Assembly (NCBI GenBank): GCA_964477675.1 | Contig: CAYZEX010000002.1 | Location: 1-34,874 of the forward strand | Length of the DNA: 34,874 nt | Direction of reading: 5' to 3' | Origin: an uncultured Isosphaeraceae bacterium | Lineage (GTDB): Bacteria > Planctomycetota > Phycisphaerae > Phycisphaerales > SM1A02 | Shown here: positions 18,814-28,085 of the stretch, in pieces | Position numbering within the stretch: the first letter of the stretch is position 1 | How the letters are laid out: each line of letters opens with the position of its first letter | Made by a program: the position numbers and the translations under genes | Notes under the pieces: model-generated | Told to the model about the DNA's origin: nothing | What the model saw: the letters and a program-made list of their open reading frames with translations, nothing else | Databases searched by the model: none

Positions 18814-19809
18814 TTATGAAGAACGAACAATGTGCTCCCGTTTTATGCCCCTTTTGGCTAATAATGGTTCGATTTCCTTTAAAAAACGCCTTCCGTCCAG
18901 TACATAACCAGCTGTAGGTTTTAATTCTTGGATTTGAGTTTTAAAGTAACGATTGAAACGCACCATGTATAGTTCTCTAGTGTATTTGGCAATCATAGAT
19001 GCGAGAGCAGCAGGCAAGTGTTCTTCATCAGTTTTAGAAGCAAAGGTGATTGTTGCAAGTATGCCATCGATATTCAACCTGTATCGGCTCATGGATGCGT
19101 CTTCAATAAGTACTTGAATGTTTGAATTTGGCCAAAAAAGTTGTATATCATTTCGATACTTGATTTTACCTCCATGCCTGTCTACCATAATTCTAGGATG
19201 TTGAGTGGGGAATTTTTGGATAATGGTATTGGCATGTTGCATTGCAATGGAAAAATTGAGAGCAGATTTAGTCGTGTGCAAAGTCTGTTTGTTGTAATTT
19301 TCTGCATCAACTACTGAGCATTTCATATGAGCGCATTTAATATTTGTTTCATGAAGAGCGCGTTGTAATCGTGCGGCATCAATTGCTAGAAGGTTCCGGT
19401 CGTTGCCAACGGGTAAAGTTGTTTGTGTTTCATACCATGGTGTTGATATGCTATTGCAATCCACTAATCTGAAAAAAGATTCATCATCTTCTGGAAGATC
19501 AAAATCCATAGAAGACAAAAAGGCACAAACACCTCTTTCAAGGTGGGTAAGTGCCTTATTTTTTGCATTAGATTTTAATTGTTTTGAGTCATTTATAGCA
19601 ATTTTACGCTTTGCATCTCTACGGTTCTTACAAATGATATGATTAAGTAACCCCCACATATCTGGAGCACCACCTTCTGGATTGCAATCTTCAAGGATAA
19701 AAGCAGTAGATGCCACGCAGAGTGGACCGAACATTGGACCATACCCCGCCTCATCAATTCCTGCGTACACAAGCATCAACAAATGATAACAAGTATGGAT
19801 GGAATTCAT
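18814..19809 (-). CDS. Ribonuclease HII-like protein (type 2 RNase H fold) with large internal insertions
   Basis: Has GIDEAGYGPMFGPL (DEAG catalytic pair), INDSKQL, IMVDRHGG and ASMIAKYTRELYM, which align in order with the RNase HII motifs GVDEVGRGPL, NDSKKL, LIDG and ASILAKVTRD. At 331 aa it is longer than the usual 200 or so. An alternative start is at 19776 (MLVYAGIDEAG). Confidence 0.65.
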   Translation of the reverse strand: MNSIHTCYHLLMLVYAGIDEAGYGPMFGPLCVASTAFILEDCNPEGGAPDMWGLLNHIICKNRRDAKRKIAINDSKQLKSNAKNKALTHLERGVCAFLSSMDFDLPEDDESFFRLVDCNSISTPWYETQTTLPVGNDRNLLAIDAARLQRALHETNIKCAHMKCSVVDAENYNKQTLHTTKSALNFSIAMQHANTIIQKFPTQHPRIMVDRHGGKIKYRNDIQLFWPNSNIQVLIEDASMSRYRLNIDGILATITFASKTDEEHLPAALASMIAKYTRELYMVRFNRYFKTQIQELKPTAGYVLDGRRFLKEIEPLLAKRGIKREHIVRSS

Positions 19810-19886
19810 GTTTGATTTCTAGTTCTAGCCACCTCTATCTTGCATCAAAATTTTAATACGTTTCACTTCTTGTACACTACGCAATT

Positions 19887-20954
19887 ATGGCAAAGGTACT
19901 TATGGCTATGTCAGGAGGGGTCGATTCTTCGGTTGCTGCTGCTCTGTTGGTGCGAGAGGGTCATGAAGTTATTGGATGTTTTATGAGACTTGGGTCTATC
20001 GGTGACGAAGTGGAGCAATCGATAACGATTGGTCACAAGGGGTGTTGCTCTATTGATGATGCTCATGATGCACGGTATGTGAGTTCAAAACTTGGGATGG
20101 CATTTTATGCGATAGATTTTAAAGATGATTTTGGAAAAATCATCGATTATTTTGTAGACGAGTACAACGATGGACGAACCCCAAACCCATGTATTCGTTG
20201 CAATGATTGGTTAAAATTTGGAAAATTACATGCATACGCTAATTCTATTGGAGCTACGTATGTTGCTTCTGGGCATCACGCACAAATTAAAAATGGTAAT
20301 GAATTGCATATGGGTGCGGATACAAATAAAGACCAGAGTTACGTTCTGTTCGGAACTAACCGTGACCGCATCACTGAAATGCTCTTGCCGATTGGACGTT
20401 TACAAAAAGACGAAGTGAGAGAATTAGCAAGACAGTTCGATTTACCAGTTTTTAATAAACCAGATTCACAAGAAATTTGTTTTGTTCCTGATGATAACTA
20501 CGCAAACTTAATTGCTAAGAAATCACCAGGAAGTTTGAAGTGTGGTGATGTTTTAGATTCAGAGGGTACTATAGTTGGAAAACATGAAGGACAACAAAAG
20601 TACACTATTGGACAAAGACGAGGGCTTGGGATTGCAATGAGTAAACCAGTATATGTTGTGGCAAAAGACCCAGTCTTAAATACAGTGACTATTGGTGGGG
20701 AAGCATTGCTAAACACAAACGCCGTAATCGCTAATGAAACGAATTGGTTAATTGACGCTACCGAATCATGGCTGCCATGCACAGCAAAAATTAGATACAA
20801 CACACCACCCGCCTCAGGAAGGGTCAGGAAAATAGGCAAAACTATCGAAGTTCAGTTCGATGAACCAGAGAGGGGTGGTGCACCGGGTCAAGCAGTAGTT
20901 TGTTATCAAGATACTAGAGTTATTTGCGGTGGTTGGATTGAGAGTATCTCATGA
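19887..20954 (+). CDS. mnmA: tRNA-specific 2-thiouridylase (tRNA U34 2-thiolation)
   Basis: Has the PP-loop MSGGVDSSVAA and conserved CSIDD, NPCIRCN and DQSYVL motifs. Length is 355 aa. Confidence 0.9.
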   Translation: MAKVLMAMSGGVDSSVAAALLVREGHEVIGCFMRLGSIGDEVEQSITIGHKGCCSIDDAHDARYVSSKLGMAFYAIDFKDDFGKIIDYFVDEYNDGRTPNPCIRCNDWLKFGKLHAYANSIGATYVASGHHAQIKNGNELHMGADTNKDQSYVLFGTNRDRITEMLLPIGRLQKDEVRELARQFDLPVFNKPDSQEICFVPDDNYANLIAKKSPGSLKCGDVLDSEGTIVGKHEGQQKYTIGQRRGLGIAMSKPVYVVAKDPVLNTVTIGGEALLNTNAVIANETNWLIDATESWLPCTAKIRYNTPPASGRVRKIGKTIEVQFDEPERGGAPGQAVVCYQDTRVICGGWIESIS

Positions 20955-22528
20955 TTGATTGGTCACTTCCCTATGAATCAAGTCGAGAGGCGGTGCTTGG
21001 CAAAAATGTTGTTGCTTGTTCACAGCCACTTGCTTCCCAGTCTGGAATAGAGATGTTTCGGATCGGAGGAAACGCGGTTGACGCAGCACTTGCTGCGGGG
21101 ATTGCAAGCACGGTTGTTGAGCCATGCGCCAATGGCATCGGTGGTGACGCATTTGCAATTGTACATGACGGTAACAATATTTATGGCATAAATGGATCCG
21201 GCAAGTCACCGTCATTGATGCCGACTTCCATCGATGGCGAAATACCATCCGTTGGATGGTTACCTGTTACTGTTCCAGGTGCTGTTGCTACTTGGATAAT
21301 GCTCCATGAACGGTTTGGCACGTTACGCCTAGAGGAAATATTTGCACCTGCAATCAAGTATGCAAGAGATGGTTTTTTAGTTTCGCCTCAAACAGCGACT
21401 CGCTGGAAATACGGCACAGATCGGTTTCGAAGTGAACAAGCGTGGTGCGAGACTTTTCTGTTCGATGGAAAACCTCCAGAAGTTGGGCAACTAATAAAAC
21501 TTCCTGATCATGCAGACACGCTGGAAGAAATTGTAGAAACGAATGGTGCATCGTTTTACACCGGTAATCTTGCTGAACAAATGGATAAGGCAGCAAGGGA
21601 GGGTGGTGGTTTCCTTCGCAAAGCGGACTTGTCTTCACACAGGAGTGAATGGGTTGAACCGTTGTCTATTTCTGTAGGTCATTCCTCAAATACCAAATTT
21701 TATGAATTGCCTCCAAATGGGCAGGGAATCGCTGCGTTGATTGCGATGAAGATTGTGCAAGAATCGGGAATTGATTTGTCAAATTGTGATGACCCAAGGG
21801 TCTTGCATATACAAATAGAATCGATGAAACGAGCATTTGCTGATGCACACGCTTTTGTTGCTGACCCAGATATTTCTGGTGATTGCGGTGACTTACTAGA
21901 GAACACAAGAATTCAACAACATTGTTCTTCAATAAAAAATGAAGCGTCTGACATCGATACAAACGCAATTCCCCGATACTCTTCTACTGTCTATCTTGCG
22001 ACGGGCGATTCGTACGAAATCCAATGTTCGTTTATACAAAGTAATTTTGAGGGGTTTGGATCAGGAATAGTTGTTCCAGGGACAGGGATAGCACTTCAGA
22101 ATCGAGGGCGAGGTTTTTCACTAGACCCGAATCACCCAAACGCACTTGGTCCAAATAAACGACCGTTCCACACAATTATTCCGGGCTTTCTTAAGCAAGG
22201 CAACAAGCGAACACCATTTGGTGTGATGGGTGGTCCAATGCAGCCACAGGGGCATCTGCAAGTTGTGTGCCGAATTGTTTTTGCACAACAGAATCCTCAA
22301 GCGGCGCTTGATGCACCACGTTGGAAATTACTTGGTGAGAAAAAAGTCGCTATCGAACCTGGATTCCCAGAAGAAGTGTATGCAGAACTCCGTGAGTTTG
22401 GGCATGATTTGGAAATTTCTACACGCAGAACGGTTGCCTTTGGTGGAGGTCAAATCGTTCAGGGGCTCACTGATGGATATGCAGGAGCGAGTGATTCACG
22501 CCGTGACGGACAGGCAGTGAGCATCTGA
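20951..22528 (+). CDS. ggt: Gamma-glutamyltransferase family protein (no signal peptide evident)
   Basis: The GGT pattern includes the nucleophile region SSTVYLATGDS...SFIQSNFEGFGSGIVVPGTGIALQNRG and the MGGPMQPQGH motif. The N-terminus (MIDWSLPYESSREAV) is not signal-like. The ATG overlaps the mnmA stop (ATGA). Confidence 0.8.
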   Translation: MIDWSLPYESSREAVLGKNVVACSQPLASQSGIEMFRIGGNAVDAALAAGIASTVVEPCANGIGGDAFAIVHDGNNIYGINGSGKSPSLMPTSIDGEIPSVGWLPVTVPGAVATWIMLHERFGTLRLEEIFAPAIKYARDGFLVSPQTATRWKYGTDRFRSEQAWCETFLFDGKPPEVGQLIKLPDHADTLEEIVETNGASFYTGNLAEQMDKAAREGGGFLRKADLSSHRSEWVEPLSISVGHSSNTKFYELPPNGQGIAALIAMKIVQESGIDLSNCDDPRVLHIQIESMKRAFADAHAFVADPDISGDCGDLLENTRIQQHCSSIKNEASDIDTNAIPRYSSTVYLATGDSYEIQCSFIQSNFEGFGSGIVVPGTGIALQNRGRGFSLDPNHPNALGPNKRPFHTIIPGFLKQGNKRTPFGVMGGPMQPQGHLQVVCRIVFAQQNPQAALDAPRWKLLGEKKVAIEPGFPEEVYAELREFGHDLEISTRRTVAFGGGQIVQGLTDGYAGASDSRRDGQAVSI

Positions 22529-22567
22529 CTTGTTGCATCTCATCTTGATATAATGCTCCTCTTAAAC

Positions 22568-22572
22568 AGGAG
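22568..22572 (+). promoter_or_regulatory. Shine-Dalgarno (AGGAG) for fbaB
   Basis: AGGAG lies 6 nt upstream of the ATG at 22579. Confidence 0.6.
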
Positions 22573-22578
22573 ACTCCT

Positions 22579-23640
22579 ATGACCTCAACTACTGAATATC
22601 TTGGCTCAGAGGCCGAAAACCTACTTTCCTACAAAGCTAAGGTTTCCTCTGATTTACTCCATATTCCCGGTAACAACTTCATTGATCGCACCTGGAAAAA
22701 TAGTGATCGTAATCCTCAGGTTTTACGAAATCTTGCTTCAATTTACAATCATGGTCGGTTAAGTGGTTCAGGTTATCTTTCTATTCTTCCTGTTGACCAA
22801 GGAATCGAACACTCAGCAGGTGCATCATTCACTCCGAATCCACTTTATTTTGACCCATCGAACATCATCGATCTTGCTGTAGAAGGTGGTTGTAATGCTG
22901 TAGCAACAACATTTGGTGTTTTAGGAACAGTGGCTCGGGACTATGCACACAAAATACCTTTTATTGTCAAAATCAATCACAACGAATTGATGACAAGTCC
23001 AAATAACTTTGATCAAATAATGTTTGGTACTGTGGAAGAAGCGTGGAATCTGGGGGCTGCAGCAGTTGGCGCGACTATTTACTACGGTTCTGAAGAATCA
23101 AGCAGGCAAATACAAGAAGTTGCGCATGCATTTCAGTTGGCGCATGAACTTGGAATGGCAACCGTACTTTGGTGTTACTTGCGTAACAGCGACTTTAAAG
23201 TGAACGGCACCGATTACCACGCATCCGCCGACCTCACCGGTCAAGCGAATCACCTAGGTGTTACTATTGAAGCAGATATAATCAAACAAAAACAAGCGAC
23301 GAACAACGGGGGTTATATTGCGATGAACGAAAGTGGAACATCATTTGGCAAGTTCCACAAGGGAATGTACGACGATCTTTGCACAGACCACCCTATTGAT
23401 TTGTGTCGTTATCAGGTCTTGAATTGTTACAGTGGGAGATGTGGTTTGATTAACTCAGGCGGTGCTTCTGGCGAGAATGATTTTGCTCAAGCAGTGCAAA
23501 CCGCGGTAATCAATAAACGTGCTGGTGGCTGTGGTTTGATTTCAGGTCGTAAGGCATTCCAACGTCCTATGAAGGATGGTGTTCAACTACTCGGTGCAAT
23601 CCAAGACGTTTTCCTTGATGATGCTATTACAATTGCCTAA
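22579..23640 (+). CDS. fbaB: Class I fructose-bisphosphate aldolase (DhnA/FbaB type)
   Basis: Collinear with E. coli FbaB as I recall it: [48 protein letters not shown] (Schiff-base Lys region), INSGGASG and VINKRAGG. Confidence 0.9.
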   Translation: MTSTTEYLGSEAENLLSYKAKVSSDLLHIPGNNFIDRTWKNSDRNPQVLRNLASIYNHGRLSGSGYLSILPVDQGIEHSAGASFTPNPLYFDPSNIIDLAVEGGCNAVATTFGVLGTVARDYAHKIPFIVKINHNELMTSPNNFDQIMFGTVEEAWNLGAAAVGATIYYGSEESSRQIQEVAHAFQLAHELGMATVLWCYLRNSDFKVNGTDYHASADLTGQANHLGVTIEADIIKQKQATNNGGYIAMNESGTSFGKFHKGMYDDLCTDHPIDLCRYQVLNCYSGRCGLINSGGASGENDFAQAVQTAVINKRAGGCGLISGRKAFQRPMKDGVQLLGAIQDVFLDDAITIA

Positions 23641-23674
23641 CCTACTATTAGGACTAGGTTAGATTACTTAGCAA

Positions 23675-25681
23675 TCAGCTGGTTGCAATTTGGCGTACTG
23701 GTTTACGTACACGAGATTCTTCCATTCGACGTTGTGATTCCACTACGGAGGTGAACTCTTCGCCGAACCGGATGAGCCGTAAACTATTTGCTATAACAAC
23801 AACATAGCCAAGTGCATAATAAAACGGGGTAATCCATATGTTGATATTTCCCGTAGCTGCTAAAGCGAGACCGACGATTGCAAGAATGATGGATGCACCA
23901 ATATTTTGAGCAATAATATTTTTAGTTTTTCTAGCGAGTGAAATTAGAAAAGGGATATTCCGCAAATCATCATTCATCAGCGCTACGCCAGCGCTATTTG
24001 TTGCAATGTCAGATCCGCTTAAACCCATCGCAACTCCAACATCTGCGGTTGCAAGAATTGGACCATCATTGATACCATCGCCAACGACAAGTGTGCTATG
24101 CCCACGGCTAATGAGGTATTTTAGTTCTTCATGTTTTTCTTCAGGCAAACACTCTGCTTCGATAGAGTCTACTCCAACCGATTCAGCAACTCGCTTTGCA
24201 ACATCAAGTCGATCACCAGTAAAAATAGAAACTCGTCTTACGCCATTACGTCGCATGTTTTCAACAGCCTCCCCAGCGTGTGGTCGAAGTTTATCTTCTA
24301 ACCCTACAGCTCCAAGATACTCTGTTCCACGCATGATATGAACGGTGGACATGCCTTCAATTTTTTCAGAAACGGATATGACTTGGTTTCCAATAGTATT
24401 GTTCAGATCAGTCAACCATGCACCACGACCGGCATAAATATCCGCGCCGGATGTGTGTGCGATGACCCCACGGCCATGTACTTCCTCATACTTATCAACC
24501 GACCCTGGTGTTATGTTCGCTTGCGTTGCAGTATCAAGAATAGATTTTGCAAGGGGGTGGTTTGAATGTTGTTCTGCATCTGCAGCAGCTTGCAGCAACG
24601 CTGCACCCTCAACGCCCTCTGCTGGAACAAGTCGGCTTACTGCAAAATTACCGGTAGTAAGCGTTCCTGTTTTATCCATAATCACCGTGTCTACACCTGC
24701 TGCAGCTTCAAGTGTTTGCGTATGTTTAATCATGATGCCAAGACGTGCCGCTGCAGCAAACGCTGCAACCATTGCAGTTGGATGTGCGATAAGAAGACCA
24801 CCAGGACAAGTAACAACAAGTACAGTTATTGCACGTACTGATGCGGCCCCACGAATTGCTTCATCCGCGCTTCGGCTTGTAAAAAACCAAACAACTGCAG
24901 CAACCATCACAACTATTGAAAAATAGTATGAAGCGAGTTGTTCAATGAGTTCTTGTTTTTGAGTTCGTGTAGATTCTGCTTCACGAATAAGAGATTCGAC
25001 CTTACCAATGGTGGTTTCAGCAGCAACCGCAGTAACCTTGACATCGATTTGTCCAGTTAAGTTTGTTGTACCTGCGTACACATTGGTTCCTGTTTGAGCT
25101 TCGTTAGGTACAGCTTCACCAGTTAAGGAAGCTTGATTGATGTCGGAATGCCCCGCAATAATGACACCATCGGCTGGTAGGTTTTCACCTGGACGAACAC
25201 GAACAACCATACCTATAGCAACTTCTTTTAGTGGCGCTTCTCTTTCGCTTTCACCTTCTATAATCCGAGCACTTCCTGGTGTCAAATCTACAAGATCCCG
25301 AATAGCTCTTTGGGCTCCCCATGCTGTTCGGCTAAGAATAAGATTAGCCATCCAAAGAAATAATGCTAGAAAACCTGCGGCGAGATACATTCCGGCAGAT
25401 AATGCCGCTACAACTGCGAGTGAAGCGAGGGCATCGCTCGATGGTTTGCCATTTTTTATCTCTTTCCAAGCTCCAGAGAGAAGTGGAATGACCAGGACAA
25501 TTGCACCGATTGATGCAGGAATTTCTGATACAAGTGTGTGGGCTCCGAGGAGGTGGCCAATCCATGAAACTGCAAGCAATACCCCACCGCTGAGTGCTAT
25601 GAGTAGTCTACGTTCAAGGCGTTTAGCGCCCTCCATGGCACCCGATTGCATAGTTTGCTGGTTAATCTCTGTTTCAATCAT
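23675..25681 (-). CDS. P1B-type (heavy-metal) P-type ATPase, atypical transmembrane metal-site motifs
   Basis: Has DKTGTLT, the TGE-type actuator motif (LTGEAVP), HP in the N-domain (HSNHPLA), GDGINDGP, and 8-TM P1B topology. The TM4 motif is CPG (VVTCPGGLLIAHP), not CPC/SPC/CPH. There is no N-terminal CxxC domain. Confidence 0.85.
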   Translation of the reverse strand: MIETEINQQTMQSGAMEGAKRLERRLLIALSGGVLLAVSWIGHLLGAHTLVSEIPASIGAIVLVIPLLSGAWKEIKNGKPSSDALASLAVVAALSAGMYLAAGFLALFLWMANLILSRTAWGAQRAIRDLVDLTPGSARIIEGESEREAPLKEVAIGMVVRVRPGENLPADGVIIAGHSDINQASLTGEAVPNEAQTGTNVYAGTTNLTGQIDVKVTAVAAETTIGKVESLIREAESTRTQKQELIEQLASYYFSIVVMVAAVVWFFTSRSADEAIRGAASVRAITVLVVTCPGGLLIAHPTAMVAAFAAAARLGIMIKHTQTLEAAAGVDTVIMDKTGTLTTGNFAVSRLVPAEGVEGAALLQAAADAEQHSNHPLAKSILDTATQANITPGSVDKYEEVHGRGVIAHTSGADIYAGRGAWLTDLNNTIGNQVISVSEKIEGMSTVHIMRGTEYLGAVGLEDKLRPHAGEAVENMRRNGVRRVSIFTGDRLDVAKRVAESVGVDSIEAECLPEEKHEELKYLISRGHSTLVVGDGINDGPILATADVGVAMGLSGSDIATNSAGVALMNDDLRNIPFLISLARKTKNIIAQNIGASIILAIVGLALAATGNINIWITPFYYALGYVVVIANSLRLIRFGEEFTSVVESQRRMEESRVRKPVRQIATS

Positions 25682-25691
25682 AATAAAGTGG

Positions 25692-25718
25692 GATTCCGTT
25701 GGTTCCGTGGGTTCCTTA
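25692..25718. repeat. Three tandem imperfect 9-bp repeats in the ATPase 5' leader
   Basis: Plus strand reads GGATTCCGT TGGTTCCGT GGGTTCCTT. In the ATPase sense this is AAGGAACCC ACGGAACCA ACGGAATCC, ending 10 nt upstream of the ATG. Confidence 0.7.
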
Positions 25719-25816
25719 ACGATTCTTACTTACTATAGCCACATTATGGGAGCATTGTTCGGTTAGGATTCTTGTAATCTTATGAGATATTTGATTCAAA
25801 TGAAAGTAGCAATGAC

Positions 25817-26818
25817 ATGAGTACAGTAACAGTGATTGGTGATGGACAAATGGGGCTCGTTTTAGCGGATGCCTTGGTTTGCAGGGGAGTTCAAGTGCGG
25901 CTTTGGGGTCCTTTTGTTGAGAACATCGAACAGTTACGACGTACAAGGAAATCGCCGCGATTGAATTCTTTTGTGTTGGAAGATGCTGTTGAGGTAATTG
26001 CAGATGGAAGTCTCGCCTTATCTGAAACAGATGTAGCAATAAACGCAATTCCGACACAATTTATTCGCAAGGTCTGGGGGTCTATTGGAGATTGTTTGCC
26101 AGCGAATGTTCCAATTGGATGTGTTGCGAAGGGCATTGAATTGGAAACGCATTTATTGCCAACACAAATCATCGAAGAATCTATCAAAAGTGGACACCCT
26201 ACATGTGTTCTTTCTGGACCTACCATTGCTACGGAATTAGTGAGACGGCAACCCGCTGCGATGGTATCAAGTTCTTCGGATGCTTCCGTTGCAGAACAAA
26301 TGCAAGATTTGTTTGATGTTCCATGGCTCCGTATTTACACGCATGGCGATCCACTTGGTGTTGAACTTGCAGGAGCACTTAAAAATGTAATTGCGATTGC
26401 TGCTGGTATTTGTGATGGTATGCAACTTGGTGATAATGCAAAGTCAGCAATGCTCGCACGGGGACTTGCTGAAATTTCACGTCTTGGTGTTGCGATGGGG
26501 GCGCAACTTGAAACGTTCTTTGGGATTGCTGGAGTCGGAGATTTGGCTACTACGTGTTTCAGCCCACACGGGAGAAATCGGACCTGTGGCGAACGCCTTG
26601 GCAAGGGTGAAGACTTACAAACAATTACCAAAACAATGGGTTCTGTAGTTGAAGGTGCTCCGACAACGAAGGCAGTTCGTGCTCTTTCTCAAGAGCATGG
26701 TGTAGATATGCCAATTTCTAATGCGATGTACAGAGTTCTATACGAGGGTTTTTCTATACAAGATGCTATTGGCTTGTTGATGAAGAGGGATTTAAGATCC
26801 GAACAATTACGAAGATAA
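25817..26818 (+). CDS. gpsA: NAD(P)H-dependent glycerol-3-phosphate dehydrogenase
   Basis: Has N-terminal Rossmann VIGDGQMG, AGALKNVIAIAAGI, GDLATTC and VEGAPT motifs. Confidence 0.9.
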   Translation: MSTVTVIGDGQMGLVLADALVCRGVQVRLWGPFVENIEQLRRTRKSPRLNSFVLEDAVEVIADGSLALSETDVAINAIPTQFIRKVWGSIGDCLPANVPIGCVAKGIELETHLLPTQIIEESIKSGHPTCVLSGPTIATELVRRQPAAMVSSSSDASVAEQMQDLFDVPWLRIYTHGDPLGVELAGALKNVIAIAAGICDGMQLGDNAKSAMLARGLAEISRLGVAMGAQLETFFGIAGVGDLATTCFSPHGRNRTCGERLGKGEDLQTITKTMGSVVEGAPTTKAVRALSQEHGVDMPISNAMYRVLYEGFSIQDAIGLLMKRDLRSEQLRR

Positions 26819-26889
26819 CAAACGGAAGTTGATTATTTTCTAAGAAACCGTGCGTTTATTGAAGTGATGATGAAATGACCCAAAAAGGG

Positions 26890-27162
26890 TTATTCGTTAA
26901 AACCTGAACGGACAAGTTCGGTAAGGTCGGAAACTGCAGCGTCTGCGTCTTCTCCATCCGCACAAATTGTAAGTTTGGTTCCTGCTGTTGCTGCAAGCAT
27001 CATGAGTTGCATAATAGATTTCGCGTCGACTGGATCACTATTTGCGTGTCCAACCGTAATCGAGGCCGCATATTTTTCTGCGATTTCAGCAAACAACATT
27101 GCCGGTCTAGCGTGCATGCCTAGACGGTTCTTAATAGTTATTGTTGTAGTTGCTGTTGGCAT
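26890..27162 (-). CDS. ptsH: Phosphocarrier protein HPr/NPr
   Basis: 90 aa, with the active-site His in NRLGMHARPA and a Ser46-like site in AKSIMQLM. Confidence 0.85.
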   Translation of the reverse strand: MPTATTTITIKNRLGMHARPAMLFAEIAEKYAASITVGHANSDPVDAKSIMQLMMLAATAGTKLTICADGEDADAAVSDLTELVRSGFNE

Positions 27163-27237
27163 AATGGTATTGGGTCGAATAGTTGCGGCAACTCGTTTGA
27201 GGAACCTAAATCAGAGAGTGGAAAACGACGAATTCTT

Positions 27238-27708
27238 TTAACGTATCGCGTTATCTGTTTCACTAAGCAGAGTTAAAACTTCTTCTGCTGAACTTGCTTG
27301 TCGTAAAAACCGCCTAAATGTATCTTGGCTTAAACTACTGAAGATCGCTTCCATTGCGTCTAGGTGGTTTTCTGGCTGGTCTTCAGGGCTAAGTAGCAAT
27401 ACGATTGAATAGACTGGTTCACGATCAAGTGCTTTGAAATCAACCCCATCGATACTATTCCCAACGGCAATATGCATTGTTTTGATATCAGGATGTTTTA
27501 CGTGAGGTACTGCAACTCCATGACCAAAACCGGTAGACCCTTTATTTTCTCTTCGGATTATTGCCTTTGTAAAATCTTCACGTTGGTCTTCCGTTACGCA
27601 TCCCGATTGAACTAGCGCCTCAATCATCTCTCCGATGACACCGTCACGATTGGTTGCCTTGAGTTCTGGAACAATTGCATCTTTTACAATGATGTCCATT
27701 AGTTTCAT
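27238..27708 (-). CDS. ptsN: PTS EIIA(Ntr)-type protein
   Basis: PTS_EIIA_2 pattern with the phospho-His region GFGHGVAVPHVKH. Length is 156 aa. The ATG overlaps the hpf stop (ATGA). Confidence 0.85.
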   Translation of the reverse strand: MKLMDIIVKDAIVPELKATNRDGVIGEMIEALVQSGCVTEDQREDFTKAIIRRENKGSTGFGHGVAVPHVKHPDIKTMHIAVGNSIDGVDFKALDREPVYSIVLLLSPEDQPENHLDAMEAIFSSLSQDTFRRFLRQASSAEEVLTLLSETDNAIR

Positions 27709-28028
27709 CGGTTTTGACCTCCAGCTGGGGTGTTGTGTTTATGATCTCTTGTTTTGGTTTTTAAATCAGTTAACTGGCGGACACTTTTGTCAACGCAACT
27801 GTCAATTGCAGCGTGCAGATCGTCGTTTTCACAGTTGGCGATGATATTATCGTAATGCTCTATGTCAGTGATAATTTCAGCAGTAAAACCATGGGTTGTT
27901 TTTTCGATCTTGACGTCAATCTGCTCAATACGATCATAGAATCGAGTGAGTTTTTCCGCTTTTGTTTGAGCGTACTCTTCTATTGTTGAAGTCATTTCGA
28001 TGTTTTTGCTAGAGACGTTAATTTGCAT
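27705..28028 (-). CDS. hpf: Ribosome hibernation promoting factor (short HPF/RaiA family)
   Basis: 107 aa. The sequence MQINVSSKNIEMTSTIEEYAQTKAEKLTRFYDRI is typical of the sigma54-modulation/S30EA family. Confidence 0.85.
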   Translation of the reverse strand: MQINVSSKNIEMTSTIEEYAQTKAEKLTRFYDRIEQIDVKIEKTTHGFTAEIITDIEHYDNIIANCENDDLHAAIDSCVDKSVRQLTDLKTKTRDHKHNTPAGGQNR

Positions 28029-28085
28029 TGCAATTCTTTCTTCTATTCGGTGGTTACTAACTGGTCAATTCCCGTTTCTGGGCTT

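Noticed and set aside
23638-23661. Hairpin TAACCTA, 10 nt, TAGGTTA between the convergent fbaB and ATPase genes as a bidirectional terminator
   Set aside because: The 7-bp stem is AT-rich, the loop is large, and there is no U-tract on either strand. It is too weak to call a terminator.
24006-25766. Long plus-strand ORFs (111, 157 and 209 aa) antisense to the P-type ATPase. Similar antisense ORFs lie opposite fusA (16474..17028), the GAF-REC gene (9477..10004) and putA (6496..6975)
   Set aside because: Each lies entirely within a strongly supported gene on the other strand. The translations are Ser/Arg/Ala/Pro-rich with no motifs, as expected for shadow ORFs caused by codon bias.
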